Source of the DNA: a virus
Virus record (IMG/VR): IMGVR_UViG_3300014913_000006
Reading direction: 5' to 3' (one strand)
Length of the DNA stretch: 64,000 bases
Made by a program: the position numbers and the translations under genes. Under the pieces are notes generated by a model. The model had not been told where the DNA came from. It made no database searches and was given only the letters and a program-made list of their open reading frames with translations. This document shows, piece after piece, positions 47,886-57,976 of the stretch (the stretch's first letter is position 1; each line of letters begins with the position of its first letter).

Positions 47886-48799
47886 CTCAGGAAAACGAAC
47901 TGAATCACGCACTCGATAACCCAGACCTTCTTATCATAGCTGGGTCTCGACTGTACGGAACAAGCACCCCAGAGAGCGACCACGATTATCGTGGTTTCGT
48001 AGTCCCCCCTTTTGAATATCTCGCTGGCCTTGGTAGATTCGAGCACCGAGTCATCCGAGAACCCGACACAGTAATCTACTCACTCCAGCGATTCATTGAG
48101 CTACTCATCATGGGAGACCCTGTTTGTTACGAAATCCTATTCGCCCCCGAAGCCAATATCATCGAGCGTACCGCAATAGGTGTCGCTTTGCTTCGCAGCC
48201 GAGAACTGTTCGCCTGCAAACGGTTCGCCCGTCGCATAAGTGGATATGCCCAATCAGAATGGCGCAAGGTCGCTGGAACGCAACTGGTCCCGGTCAAACG
48301 CACCCCAAACGAAAGCGAAGTTGTGGAGGATATCCGTGCAGTCTTCCATCCGCAGAAAGAAGAAATGGATGAGGTCATCCGCCTACTCTTCCTACAGCAT
48401 CCAAGGGAGACCCGACCGGCCAGACGCAAACTGGGAGCGAAGCGTAAGGCTCAGATTGAACGCTATGGCTATTGTACGTCTAGCGCGTGTCATACCATCC
48501 GCCTTCTGGGACAGCTAAGAGAACTCATGCAAACAGGCAAACTCACGTTCCCTCGACCCCAGGCAAAGCTACTCTCGATGATCAAGCGTGGAGAGCTATC
48601 ATTAGACCGGGTGGTAGAGCTATATGAAGATGCCAAAACGAGAGCGGATCGGGCAATAGAAAATACTGATCTACCAACGAACGCACCCATCAAACAGATA
48701 CGAACCATATACCACGAGATTGTAGCCCACTCCATACGTTGCGACCAACGCTTCGTGGACTACGCTGAAGGGTATGGGGAACGATGGGAAAGGTGGTAG
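47882..48799 (+). CDS. Pol-beta-type nucleotidyltransferase (Nuc-transf / YcgL-like)
   Basis: GSRLYGTSTPESDHDYRG, GYA..., HTIRLL, LL.MIKRG. Confidence 0.85.
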   Translation: MTQENELNHALDNPDLLIIAGSRLYGTSTPESDHDYRGFVVPPFEYLAGLGRFEHRVIREPDTVIYSLQRFIELLIMGDPVCYEILFAPEANIIERTAIGVALLRSRELFACKRFARRISGYAQSEWRKVAGTQLVPVKRTPNESEVVEDIRAVFHPQKEEMDEVIRLLFLQHPRETRPARRKLGAKRKAQIERYGYCTSSACHTIRLLGQLRELMQTGKLTFPRPQAKLLSMIKRGELSLDRVVELYEDAKTRADRAIENTDLPTNAPIKQIRTIYHEIVAHSIRCDQRFVDYAEGYGERWERW

Positions 48800-48800
48800 T

Positions 48801-49859
48801 ATGGCTGATCTAGTGAACCAAAAATTTGGTAAATTAACAGTTATCAAATCATCAGGACGCAACAAACATGGGAATAAACTGTGGTTATGTAAATGTGACT
48901 GTGGCGAGACCATAGTTGTTCGTGGCTCCAGTTTACTAGCAGGCCAAAAGGGTTGTAAGTGTCTTATGAGAGAAGCTGGTAAACGCACCAGTCAGATAAA
49001 TGTCCGACACGGACATAGCCGTCGTGATCACAAGTCCAGGGTATATGGTATTTGGGAAGAAATGACTGCAAGATGCAACAACCCAGACAGAAAAGCCTAT
49101 GATCATTATGGTGGACGTGGAATATCTATTTGTGAACGATGGAAAAAATTCGAAAATTTCTTGACCGACATGGGCGAACCACCCAGCGATAAACATACAT
49201 TAGAACGGATTGACAATAATAGGGACTATCAACCAGACAATTGCATCTGGGCAACTCGGAAACAACAGGCGAGAAATACTTCAAGAAACAGATTGATTAC
49301 TTTCAACAACAAGACTCAGTGCTTATCGGCTTGGGCCGAAGAATATGGTCTATCACCAGCCACTTTGTACAAACGAATAGTTGCACTGGATTGGCCGATA
49401 AAAGAGGCTTTTACTGCACCACCAAACAGCACGAAATCACTTGTACAATGTGCTTGGTGTGGCACTAAATTCCTGAAACCACGCAAAAGAATAACACAAA
49501 CACTCAAACAACAAAGACAGCACGCCTGCTCTCGCTCCTGCGCATCCAAACTGACCAACGAGGAACGCCGCTGTGAACCGACCACGGTCAACGCAGCCCA
49601 CACTCGCAAGGACAAGGAAAAGTTCCCTGAGAAAGCCCACGCACGCTACCTTGTGCGTCAGGCTGTGAAAACGGGCAAACTCGTTCCATTAGAAGAATGC
49701 GAGTTCTGCGACTCTGACAACCATGTTGAGGCCCACCACCCGGATCATTCTCGACCGTTTTTTTTACTGTATCTCTGTAAGGACTGCCACTCGGACGCAG
49801 ATGACTCAATCGACAAGTGGGAGAACCTAGCTACCGACTACTCAGGGTGTATAACATGA
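48801..49859 (+). CDS. HNH homing endonuclease, multi-domain
   Basis: KFGKLTV..WLCKCDCG, YGGRGISICERW, TLERIDNN.DY.PDNC.WAT; second CxxC..EAHH.DHS...LCKDCH domain. Confidence 0.85.
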   Translation: MADLVNQKFGKLTVIKSSGRNKHGNKLWLCKCDCGETIVVRGSSLLAGQKGCKCLMREAGKRTSQINVRHGHSRRDHKSRVYGIWEEMTARCNNPDRKAYDHYGGRGISICERWKKFENFLTDMGEPPSDKHTLERIDNNRDYQPDNCIWATRKQQARNTSRNRLITFNNKTQCLSAWAEEYGLSPATLYKRIVALDWPIKEAFTAPPNSTKSLVQCAWCGTKFLKPRKRITQTLKQQRQHACSRSCASKLTNEERRCEPTTVNAAHTRKDKEKFPEKAHARYLVRQAVKTGKLVPLEECEFCDSDNHVEAHHPDHSRPFFLLYLCKDCHSDADDSIDKWENLATDYSGCIT

Positions 49860-49898
49860 TGGTGAGGCTAGGTTTTGAGTATCGAAAAGGGGGTCGTC

Positions 49899-50492
49899 AT
49901 GAAAGAGTCATTGCTGTTCAAGCTGGAAAAGGTGGTATTCCGCTTTATCGGGGATATCAAGTGGGCTGGAGTCTTGCATCCGTTTTGGTTCATCATCAAT
50001 GGTGTGTCGTTCCGTCTGAAAGGAAAACACTACCGCGATCTGGAAAAAGTGATCCAACCTGGAGACATCCTCATCCGTCGATTCGAAGGATATATCGACA
50101 AGTGGTTGATTCCGGGCTGGTGGAATCACGCAGGCATGTACGTGGGGGAACTTGATGGCAAGGACCACAAGGTTGTCCATGCTATCAGCGACGGGGTCGT
50201 TGTAGACGATCTGATTGACTTCATGCGTACCGACCATATGATTGTCCTGAGAGCCCCAGAGGCGGGCCGTGAAGAGGCTATCAAGCGAGCCAAGGCCGCG
50301 ATAGGTAGCGATTACGACTTCGCCTTCGATTTCAACGAGACACTGAGGTTCAGTTGTACTGAACTGGTAAGTCACTGTTATCCAGGGATCATCACCGGTA
50401 AGAGGCGATTCGGTCGCATTACGGTGGTTGCTGACGACATCGTTGGTGCTCCTGCCCTGGAGGTGGTGTGGGACTCAAGAAAGGACGGCTAA
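49899..50492 (+). CDS. Permuted papain-like (YiiX/YebB NlpC/P60) amidase
   Basis: PGDILI, WNHAGMY, YDFAF...FSCTELV. Confidence 0.85.
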   Translation: MKESLLFKLEKVVFRFIGDIKWAGVLHPFWFIINGVSFRLKGKHYRDLEKVIQPGDILIRRFEGYIDKWLIPGWWNHAGMYVGELDGKDHKVVHAISDGVVVDDLIDFMRTDHMIVLRAPEAGREEAIKRAKAAIGSDYDFAFDFNETLRFSCTELVSHCYPGIITGKRRFGRITVVADDIVGAPALEVVWDSRKDG

Positions 50493-50495
50493 GCC

Positions 50496-50801
50496 ATGGA
50501 CGAGGACACGTTCAACAAGAAACTAAGGGAATTGATCCGTGAGATCGCAAGTCCACCGGCAGACAAACAAAAGCAGCTAGCTCCGCTGGTGGAAGAAACA
50601 AAATCGCGTCACAATGAGATCAAAGAAAACGTTGACAAGGTTACGAAGTCGCTTAGCGACCTGCGAATCTGTATCAAGTATCTGTTGTTTGATCTTGAGG
50701 CTACAAGGCGAGAACGAGATCGGCTGAAGAATATCGTGGACAATCAACCACCGAAAGACGCCGACGACGACGAGCCAAACAAGGCAGAGGGTGAGATGTA
50801 G
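50496..50801 (+). CDS. Homolog of a conserved planctomycete coiled-coil protein
   Basis: LR..IKYLLFDLEATRRE signature, recalled from planctomycete proteins; not verified by search. Confidence 0.7.
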   Translation: MDEDTFNKKLRELIREIASPPADKQKQLAPLVEETKSRHNEIKENVDKVTKSLSDLRICIKYLLFDLEATRRERDRLKNIVDNQPPKDADDDEPNKAEGEM

Positions 50802-50988
50802 TGGTTGAAGATTGGCTTAGGCTATTCTGGCAAGAAGTGAAGAAGATGTTCTGTTTCTGGCGGAAGTAACATCATGAACAACAGACGGTGGGTTATCGTA
50901 GGCATCCTTGCCTTTCTCGCTTTGTGTGTAGCGTTTGGCAACAAACAACGTTTACACTATCTGTACGAGACCCATATCTCCCCCATGA

Positions 50989-51417
50989 TTACTCCGGTTC
51001 AAACGAATTCAAACCACACTGATGGGGATCGAACTGACGAGTCTCCCCTTCCTTATACGGCAATCGGTATTGAGCAAGATTCAAGGGGGCAAGATCAAGC
51101 TCTTTCCCGTTTGTGTCTAGGATTATTTCATATGCTTGATTTCCTATTGCAAACGACACAAACACTTCTACATTAGCACCCAATGAGTCTCTCCATCCTG
51201 GTAGTAAAACAATACCTTTGCATGAACTAATAATTGCTGTCAAATCTAAAACCATACAATCAGCAAATGACGACAGAGAAGAGGTTTCTTCACTTTCTGC
51301 CGGATTCCATACAGTAAAACCATTTTTTCTCAATATTTTTGCAGCTAACATAAACATTGGTCTATTCAAATCTTTATACCCCCTCATACCCCCAGCCAAA
51401 TAAAAGTCATAAACCAT
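50989..51417 (-). CDS. DUF4406 (nucleoside deoxyribosyltransferase-like) protein
   Basis: YLAGGMRG...N.P.F, WNPAE, LLPGWRDSLGANVE. Confidence 0.85.
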   Translation of the reverse strand: MVYDFYLAGGMRGYKDLNRPMFMLAAKILRKNGFTVWNPAESEETSSLSSFADCMVLDLTAIISSCKGIVLLPGWRDSLGANVEVFVSFAIGNQAYEIILDTNGKELDLAPLNLAQYRLPYKEGETRQFDPHQCGLNSFEPE

Positions 51418-51598
51418 GTTTCATACATCCACAACTTCTTGTATGACCATTTTTGATGTTATAACCCAAAGCCTCTATCTTTTTGCCACATTCACAAGAG
51501 CATAACCACCTAACTCTTTTGCCAGACATGGTTTTGGCCCTAGACAAAACAGTAAGTAACCCGAATCTTTTACCAGTTAAATCTATCAAACTAGACAT
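51407..51598 (-). pseudogene. Truncated homing endonuclease N-terminus
   Basis: IDLTGKRFGLLTV...WLCSCECG...TRSCGC, then stop. Confidence 0.75.
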
Positions 51599-51609
51599 GC
51601 AGAATCCCC

Positions 51610-52407
51610 CTATTGATATTCTTGCCATTCCTTCTCGGCCACGACGCTAGCGCACCGAACAATAGTTCCCATGTCGCAGTCGTACAAACCAGCGCAACTA
51701 AAACTGTTAATCTCAAGCAGATACATTTTGCCATCCGACTCAGCAATGTCTACTGTATAACACAGATCAGGTTGCCACTCTTGCGATGCTACTAACTCGG
51801 CTAGACGAAAAGATGAGGGCGGGTAATTGGGTGACTCATCTGGGAGATACCTGCACCCAGCTACAACCTCTCTGTCGCAGATAACGAAACGCCACTCGGC
51901 ACCGACGGGCTTCTCTGGAGCGACAACAATTAGCATTTCTGGACCAACCGCTCGTACTAGCGTTTGGATTTTGTGCTTCTCATCTGGTGCGACTACATAT
52001 CCAGTGAAGGGTTTGGCACCACTGTCTGGTCGCAAGAACCATGATTGACCTGGCGATTGTTTCGTGAGCTTGTCCCATTTTCTCAATAGGTCGCCGACTG
52101 GCATCATGCTATATTGCTGGTTAAGTAAGTGCCCACCGAGATATGCGTAATAAGTGCTACATTTCATGTTGTTGAAATTACACCAAGCACCCGGAATGAA
52201 TGGTGCCCGTTGATAGACTTGTCGCACAAAATCGATGTCGCCATAACAGACAATGCAATCATGGGGATCATACCCGTCGAAGTCAACCTGAGACCCAAGC
52301 TTGTGTTCGATCTCCCGGACCTTCATGTCTTGCTTAAAAACTTCGGCAATCATTGGCCCAGTGTTTACACCTTCCATGTCTATTTGTATCATCCAGTCTG
52401 GTCTCAT
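51610..52407 (-). CDS. ATP-grasp protein (R2K / DUF4343-like)
   Basis: FLRPDSGAKPFTG, EWRFVI, TVDIA...LLEINSFSCAGLY. Confidence 0.85.
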   Translation of the reverse strand: MRPDWMIQIDMEGVNTGPMIAEVFKQDMKVREIEHKLGSQVDFDGYDPHDCIVCYGDIDFVRQVYQRAPFIPGAWCNFNNMKCSTYYAYLGGHLLNQQYSMMPVGDLLRKWDKLTKQSPGQSWFLRPDSGAKPFTGYVVAPDEKHKIQTLVRAVGPEMLIVVAPEKPVGAEWRFVICDREVVAGCRYLPDESPNYPPSSFRLAELVASQEWQPDLCYTVDIAESDGKMYLLEINSFSCAGLYDCDMGTIVRCASVVAEKEWQEYQ

Positions 52408-52655
52408 GCAAACACCTCATCCAGTATTAGTCGAATCGCATTAGCTCGTGCGTTCCTGGCGGCAGTCTCTTGGTCGTCGCCCCTGCTACGATAGAAATAA
52501 TACAGATCAAATACGATGTTCCTATCCTTCATTGATTGTTCACACACCTCTTTTCCGTCCAGCGGCGAATACCGACACATTCGCTCAACTCGAAAACACA
52601 AGTCCATCACAATCTGGTTTGCTTTACGCCTTGGGTCTACATCTTCTGGAGCCAT
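52404..52655 (-). CDS. Hypothetical protein
   Basis: Coupled ORF. Confidence 0.5.
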   Translation of the reverse strand: MAPEDVDPRRKANQIVMDLCFRVERMCRYSPLDGKEVCEQSMKDRNIVFDLYYFYRSRGDDQETAARNARANAIRLILDEVFA

Positions 52656-52790
52656 GTCAAAAGTCGTCCCTGTATATCCACCGTATCAACATCACGACCA
52701 GCACATCCGGGATGGTAAACGGCATAATGCAGATCAACAGCAAGAGAATGGGCAGATCACTCATTATAACTCATGCCCCCATCTAGATTG

Positions 52791-53744
52791 CTACTCCCCT
52801 TTGACTTCACCGTTTTCGATGATCACCTGACACTCCTTCCCCTTCGATACCCGCTCCAGCCAAATCTGGGCGTCAGCATCTTCGGCCATCTTAGCACTCG
52901 GCGACCTCGATTGTTCGCATAACCCAATCAACTCTAAGTTGATCGCATCGTATGCCTTGTTCTCTCTGACCTTGAGATTGAGACCCTCGGCGTCAGACAT
53001 CTGAGCATGAATAGCTTCCGCATCAACTTCTTCAACTCCATCAAGAGCTTTTTGCTTCTGCTTTACACTCTTCTTCAGTGTAGCAACAAGCTTCTCCAAT
53101 CGTTGAAGTTCTGTCACCTCAGATAACAGCGCATCGCGATCGCGCATGATTCGTTGATTGTGCTCAATAGCTTCGGCATATTTGGCACCTAGCCCTTGAA
53201 TTGATACTTCCTTGTCTGGTACGCCATCATGCTTGGCCATAGAATCAAGCTTAGCCTTGGTTTCTTTGCCGCAACGATTGACACCAGTTCTGGCACTGAA
53301 CAGGTGTTTGTATCGGGCATTAACTTCGTCGAAGTTCAAGCCAACTAATTGCTTGAGAACTTCGGCTTGTAGCTTGGCATTCATCTTAGGAAATTCTAAT
53401 GGATCAAAAGTCAATTCACCTACTAGTTTATCCAGCATGGCCTGGGGAGAAGCAAATGTTGCACCATCTTTGTTTTTGACAACGAGATTAGTACCGTTAG
53501 CAGTAAAGGTACGTGTTACTATAATGTCACCCATGTCTAGGACAACGCGAGCCTTCTCCTGTCCGGTCCTAATAGGTTTGGCGGGGATAGCACCAGCACC
53601 ATTCAGAGCATACTCGATAGAATCCAACACACAAGTTTTGCCCTGAGCATTATCTCCACCGATAACGATCAACGAACCATCAGGTTTGATACAGACGGCT
53701 TGTAGATGCTTTACGTTTTCTGACTCAAGTGCGACTATCTTCGT
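52791..53744 (-). pseudogene. SMC/RecN-like ATPase with a mutated start and an internal deletion
   Basis: ACG in place of ATG before KIVALESENVK; Walker A GDNAQGKT; the coiled coil jumps directly to AEDADAQIWLERV, with no signature or Walker B motif. Confidence 0.7.
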
Positions 53745-53759
53745 CGGACCTGCCTTCCA

Positions 53760-53996
53760 TCATTCGTCATCTGGGTCTCCATCTATGTCTGCTGGTACAT
53801 CTCCGTCCAGAATCACCAACTTCTGATCCAGGTCGTCCTCGACATATGTGATGCAACCGCCAAAGTGCCGTATGCCTTCGATTATCTGGTAGATGCCATC
53901 TATGGTGTCCAGATGAAGCATGAAGGCTTCGGCGTTCTCAGAGGCATCCCTGCCCCTGAAAACGAAACTCACTTCGACCACTTGCGGTTTAGGCAC
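53760..53996 (-). CDS. Hypothetical protein
   Basis: GAGG RBS plus GTG. Confidence 0.55.
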   Translation of the reverse strand: MPKPQVVEVSFVFRGRDASENAEAFMLHLDTIDGIYQIIEGIRHFGGCITYVEDDLDQKLVILDGDVPADIDGDPDDE

Positions 53997-55767
53997 TGTA
54001 TCGCCTCGAACGGAACCGCATCAAACCCAGTGGGAGCAACATGCCAACGACTGTCAGACCGCCGAAAGCACCACATGGACCAGCGCCGCCACCGGGTGCC
54101 TCTTCGACAACCTCTTCCTCTTCAGGGAAGAAACCTGTCAGGATGTCCTCAATCGAATCAGCGCCGCTTCCACAGTTGTAGACCAACACCTCAGAGTCGC
54201 CACAGGCAACGAGACAAGTGGCATCCAGGTTGTCAATGACATCACAGCCCTCTCCGTCAAGGCCGTCGATACCGTCAACACCGTCTAAACCATCCTGTCC
54301 CGGAGGCCCCTGCGGACCATCCTGGCCGTCTACACCATCGATCCCGTCAGCGCCATCAGCACCATCAGAACCATTTGATCCGTTAGAACCATTGGCACCA
54401 TCGGTCCCATCGGAGCCGTCTGCGCCGCTACCACCATCGCTGCCATCATTGCCGTCACTACCGTCGTCACCCTGGCAGTCGAGAGCGTCGAACTCTCCGT
54501 CGCCGTTGGGGTCTTCGGTATAGCCACAGATGAGAGCAATAGCGTCCGAATCGAACTCTGTGAAGGTGGTCAGATATTCCGAACAGGTGACCACAGCACC
54601 ACACTCACCGTCGTAGGTCTTAGCGGCCCGCATCGCCTTGCTCGTAGCGGGCGGGAACTCACACTCGTAATCGATGAAGAAGTCTTCTGCTACCGGACAG
54701 ACATCGTCAAACATGCTGGCCAATTGCGGGTGGCAAGCATCCTGTTCGCCATTCCCGTTCAAGTCCCAGCAGTTCAAACCATCCGCACCATCAACTCCAT
54801 CTTCACCATCGGCTCCGTCCTCACCATCGGCCCCATCCTGGCCATCTGCCCCGTCTTCGCCGTCTTCACCATCTTCGCCGCGACAGTCATAAACATCAAC
54901 CTCTCCGTCGCCATTGGTATCCTCGGTAAAGCCGTCACCCCGACAAGCTTCTGCCCACGGGAAGAAACAGCACCAGAAAGGCTTCTCGGCGTAAAAGTCC
55001 TTCTCACCGTTGCCATTCAAGTCCCAACAACTCAGACCGTCTTCACCGTCTTCGCCGTCAACGCCGTCTTCGCCATCGTGAACGATGACACTCGTGCCGT
55101 CGCCGCACTCAATTTTGTAACCACCGCAACGACGCTCACGAACCGTACAGCCTTCTCCATCCTGGCCGTCTGCGCCATCTTGACCATCGGCTCCATCCTC
55201 TCCGTTCTCACCATCGGCTCCGTCGAAGATCGAGGTGCATGTCTCACCACAGCAGATTTCGGCACCGTCTTTGATCTGGGTCACGACACAGTCGTCGCCA
55301 TCTTCGCCATCCTCACCGTCTTCTCCGTCTTCACCGGGCGGGCCTTGAGGACCAGGGATACCACAGGATACAATTTCAAGATTCACATTCTTCGTGTCCT
55401 TGTTGTTGTCGCACCCTTCCCTCTCGAATATCTTGACCTGCACATTACCGACACCCTGAGTACCAGGGGCGATAATCGTGAAGACCTCAGTGAAGGTCTT
55501 CGCTCCGTAGCCCGTATAGTGACAATCATGCTCGTAACACACACCATCGATGCTAGTGCTATTCCACTTCTGCTTGCTGTGCTGGCTGTACGAGCGGTCG
55601 CGCATCTTGACAACAACAGTGACCTCTACCTCGTCACCCGCACACGCCGTAGCGGGGTCGAGTGTTACCGACTCGATGTTGTTGTAGCTAGAACCAGATG
55701 CCTGCGCTGCATTCGGCACCATAGCTGTACAAAGACAAATCAGCAAACCTACAAGTAACTTCTTCAT
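53989..55767 (-). CDS. Secreted collagen-like surface protein with Ca-binding loops and a C-terminal CG-TM-RR sorting signal
   Basis: Signal peptide; G-x-D triplet runs; CWDLNGNGE.D and ED.NGDGE.D..DC each twice; ends GPCGAFGG-hydrophobic-RFRSRR. Confidence 0.8.
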   Translation of the reverse strand: MKKLLVGLLICLCTAMVPNAAQASGSSYNNIESVTLDPATACAGDEVEVTVVVKMRDRSYSQHSKQKWNSTSIDGVCYEHDCHYTGYGAKTFTEVFTIIAPGTQGVGNVQVKIFEREGCDNNKDTKNVNLEIVSCGIPGPQGPPGEDGEDGEDGEDGDDCVVTQIKDGAEICCGETCTSIFDGADGENGEDGADGQDGADGQDGEGCTVRERRCGGYKIECGDGTSVIVHDGEDGVDGEDGEDGLSCWDLNGNGEKDFYAEKPFWCCFFPWAEACRGDGFTEDTNGDGEVDVYDCRGEDGEDGEDGADGQDGADGEDGADGEDGVDGADGLNCWDLNGNGEQDACHPQLASMFDDVCPVAEDFFIDYECEFPPATSKAMRAAKTYDGECGAVVTCSEYLTTFTEFDSDAIALICGYTEDPNGDGEFDALDCQGDDGSDGNDGSDGGSGADGSDGTDGANGSNGSNGSDGADGADGIDGVDGQDGPQGPPGQDGLDGVDGIDGLDGEGCDVIDNLDATCLVACGDSEVLVYNCGSGADSIEDILTGFFPEEEEVVEEAPGGGAGPCGAFGGLTVVGMLLPLGLMRFRSRRYSA

Positions 55768-55964
55768 AGTCCGTGTCTCCTAGTTCTCCATCGGGATCAA
55801 TGGGAGAACCAAATCCAGATTGCCGAAATCCAATTCCACACCAATGAACGACTCCCTGTCGCCCAACCCAGGATCAACCGCCACGCTCCACTCTTGGATA
55901 GCGCACGACCCAGCGGCCAATACGGTTGAACATGCCAAAATAGACAACCACCTCCGCATCGCTA

Positions 55965-56159
55965 CTACTCCTTCACCAGAGAGATATCGTCCACGTTCAC
56001 GAAACTGGGACGATTGGTTTGTGGCCTACCACGGCCAAAATTCAATGTCGCAGCATTGTATCCGGGATCAGCAGTGAAACCCGTGATCTTTGCTGTCTTG
56101 CCCACGATTGCCGGGCAGGCGTCACACTTGTTGATCTTAACCTTCGATCCTACGTCCAT
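55965..56159 (-). CDS. Small SH3/KOW-like hypothetical protein
   Basis: VGSKVKI...VGKTAKI...FGRGRP; GAGG RBS. Confidence 0.55.
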   Translation of the reverse strand: MDVGSKVKINKCDACPAIVGKTAKITGFTADPGYNAATLNFGRGRPQTNRPSFVNVDDISLVKE

Positions 56160-56625
56160 TTCAAATCCTCACTTCCTCAGTTCTTCCAAGGCATCACTCA
56201 ATTCCTGAGCGATCTCACCATTGACCCCAAATCCACGTTGCAATACCGCTTCAGAGGCAGCGGCTACCTTCTCATATCGGTTAAGAAGCTTGGCCATACA
56301 CCTAAAGCATGGAGCGTGAACGCTGGTATGTTGTGCCACGCACTGTCTCCTGACTTCGAGGTATATGTTTCCGCCTAGCTTCATGACTCTGTTACATCCT
56401 CCGTGACCGGAATCTCCAATTCGACGATCTTCACCTGGAAGCACAAGAGTAGCCAGCCAAAGCCGAAACCCAAACATGCTCCGTCATCGCCTTTGCCCAG
56501 TAACCGTGGCTTCCACCACACAGGTCTGCCGTAGCCGAGCCATCCCAGGTACCCATGATGACCCAATCGCAATCCCACGGCGAAACCATGCTCGTGGTTC
56601 CTAATATGCCTGAAGATGAATCGCT

Positions 56626-57135
56626 TCACGGCAAGTGCCCCCACGACTTGCCAAGTTTTATAGCACCGATCGTCGTATGGTCTACACCGAATCGTTTACC
56701 AAGACTACGTAGACTGTGGCCAGTAGCCAACAGCTTCTTGATCGTTATTACTTGACTTTCTGTCAATTTAGACCTACCATTCGTCTCACCCCTAACCTGT
56801 GTGCCGTGGCGTATAGCGTCGGCTGCATTTTCTCGTTGCGTACCCCACCGGAGGTTGTTGAATCGGACATTCTGTCGATCACCGTCACGATGGAGACATT
56901 GATGACCTTTGGGTCTGGGACCACAGAAAGAAAGCAGCACCAAATAATGAACACGGTAATAAGCCGTAACTCCATTCTTGACCAATCGCATTTGCGGATA
57001 TCCTTCACCATCAAGATACGTCTTCCGTATGTATCCTCTGGCTTCTGGTCTGCGATACCTACTCATAACGCGACCTTCAGATAATATCCGGTACAATCCC
57101 TCATGCCCAACAATATCTCGCCAAGTTTCTATCAT
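56626..57135 (-). CDS. NUMOD4-HNH homing endonuclease
   Basis: ETWRDIVGHEGLY, VHYLV..F.G, HRDGDRQN...NLRWGT..EN, C-terminal HTH. Confidence 0.85.
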   Translation of the reverse strand: MIETWRDIVGHEGLYRILSEGRVMSRYRRPEARGYIRKTYLDGEGYPQMRLVKNGVTAYYRVHYLVLLSFCGPRPKGHQCLHRDGDRQNVRFNNLRWGTQRENAADAIRHGTQVRGETNGRSKLTESQVITIKKLLATGHSLRSLGKRFGVDHTTIGAIKLGKSWGHLP

Positions 57136-57142
57136 AACGACA

Positions 57143-57376
57143 CTACCATCCCTTGAGGGATTTGATGGCCCTAGCAATGGCAATCACCCTATCAGCCTCT
57201 ATACCACGTTGTAGTTTACTCACACCGAAACCGACTTTCGCTTGACCCTTCGTTATCGGGATGGTGGCTTTCATCTGAATCGTCAATTGTTCCACAGCCG
57301 CCTCAAGCTGATCCAACAATTCAGGATTGCCGATCACGCCCTCTTCTTTGAAAATCGGTGCCTTAGCCGCAGCCAT
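57143..57376 (-). CDS. Hypothetical protein
   Basis: GGAG RBS. Confidence 0.55.
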   Translation of the reverse strand: MAAAKAPIFKEEGVIGNPELLDQLEAAVEQLTIQMKATIPITKGQAKVGFGVSKLQRGIEADRVIAIARAIKSLKGW

Positions 57377-57700
57377 TACTCCGTCTCCCCTTCAAGAATC
57401 CTGAGCATCTTGGCCCCGTAGTAGAAATCGAAATCATCGAAGCAGCCACCCTGATACATGACGATACCAGCCAGAATGAGAATCACAAGGAGCATCAGTT
57501 TCTTCATTTCCCCGACCCATACCTTTCAGCCCTTTGGCGTCTAGCCATTTCTCTAACAGCCTCACTATCCGGCAACTTGAGGCTGTGGTCACAAACACTA
57601 CATTGCATTTTCAAATCATCTCCAGACAAGACCATTGGCTTCAACCGGTCTGGTTCTAGCCGGTGCAAATGACAACACCGGACACATGTCTCAAAGCATC

Positions 57701-57976
57701 TCATGGAGTAAATTCCTCGACATCAGAAACAACAACGTGCTTAATGTTGTATATCCGTGTCACCCGCTTCAAATTCCGCTTCACGCAGTCATCGCAGATA
57801 ATCACTTGCAGATACTCTTCCTGGCCAATAGGCATGGGGTCAAATATCGTGGACCCGTAATTACCCGAAGCCCGGAAGATCAGGCCGTCGTAGACGGGAC
57901 TGAGAGTGAGGGGGTCATCACCGAGAGACTCAACACTCAACCAGTTGCCACAACAAATACACTGTGCCTTTTCCAT
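57701..57976 (-). CDS. Cys-rich hypothetical protein
   Basis: CICCG...GNYGSTIFD...ICDDC. Confidence 0.6.
   Translation of the reverse strand: MEKAQCICCGNWLSVESLGDDPLTLSPVYDGLIFRASGNYGSTIFDPMPIGQEEYLQVIICDDCVKRNLKRVTRIYNIKHVVVSDVEEFTP

Noticed and set aside
54218-55758. Plus-strand Pro/Ser-rich ORFs and apparent DNA tandem repeats
   Set aside because: These are shadows of the collagen G-x-D codons.
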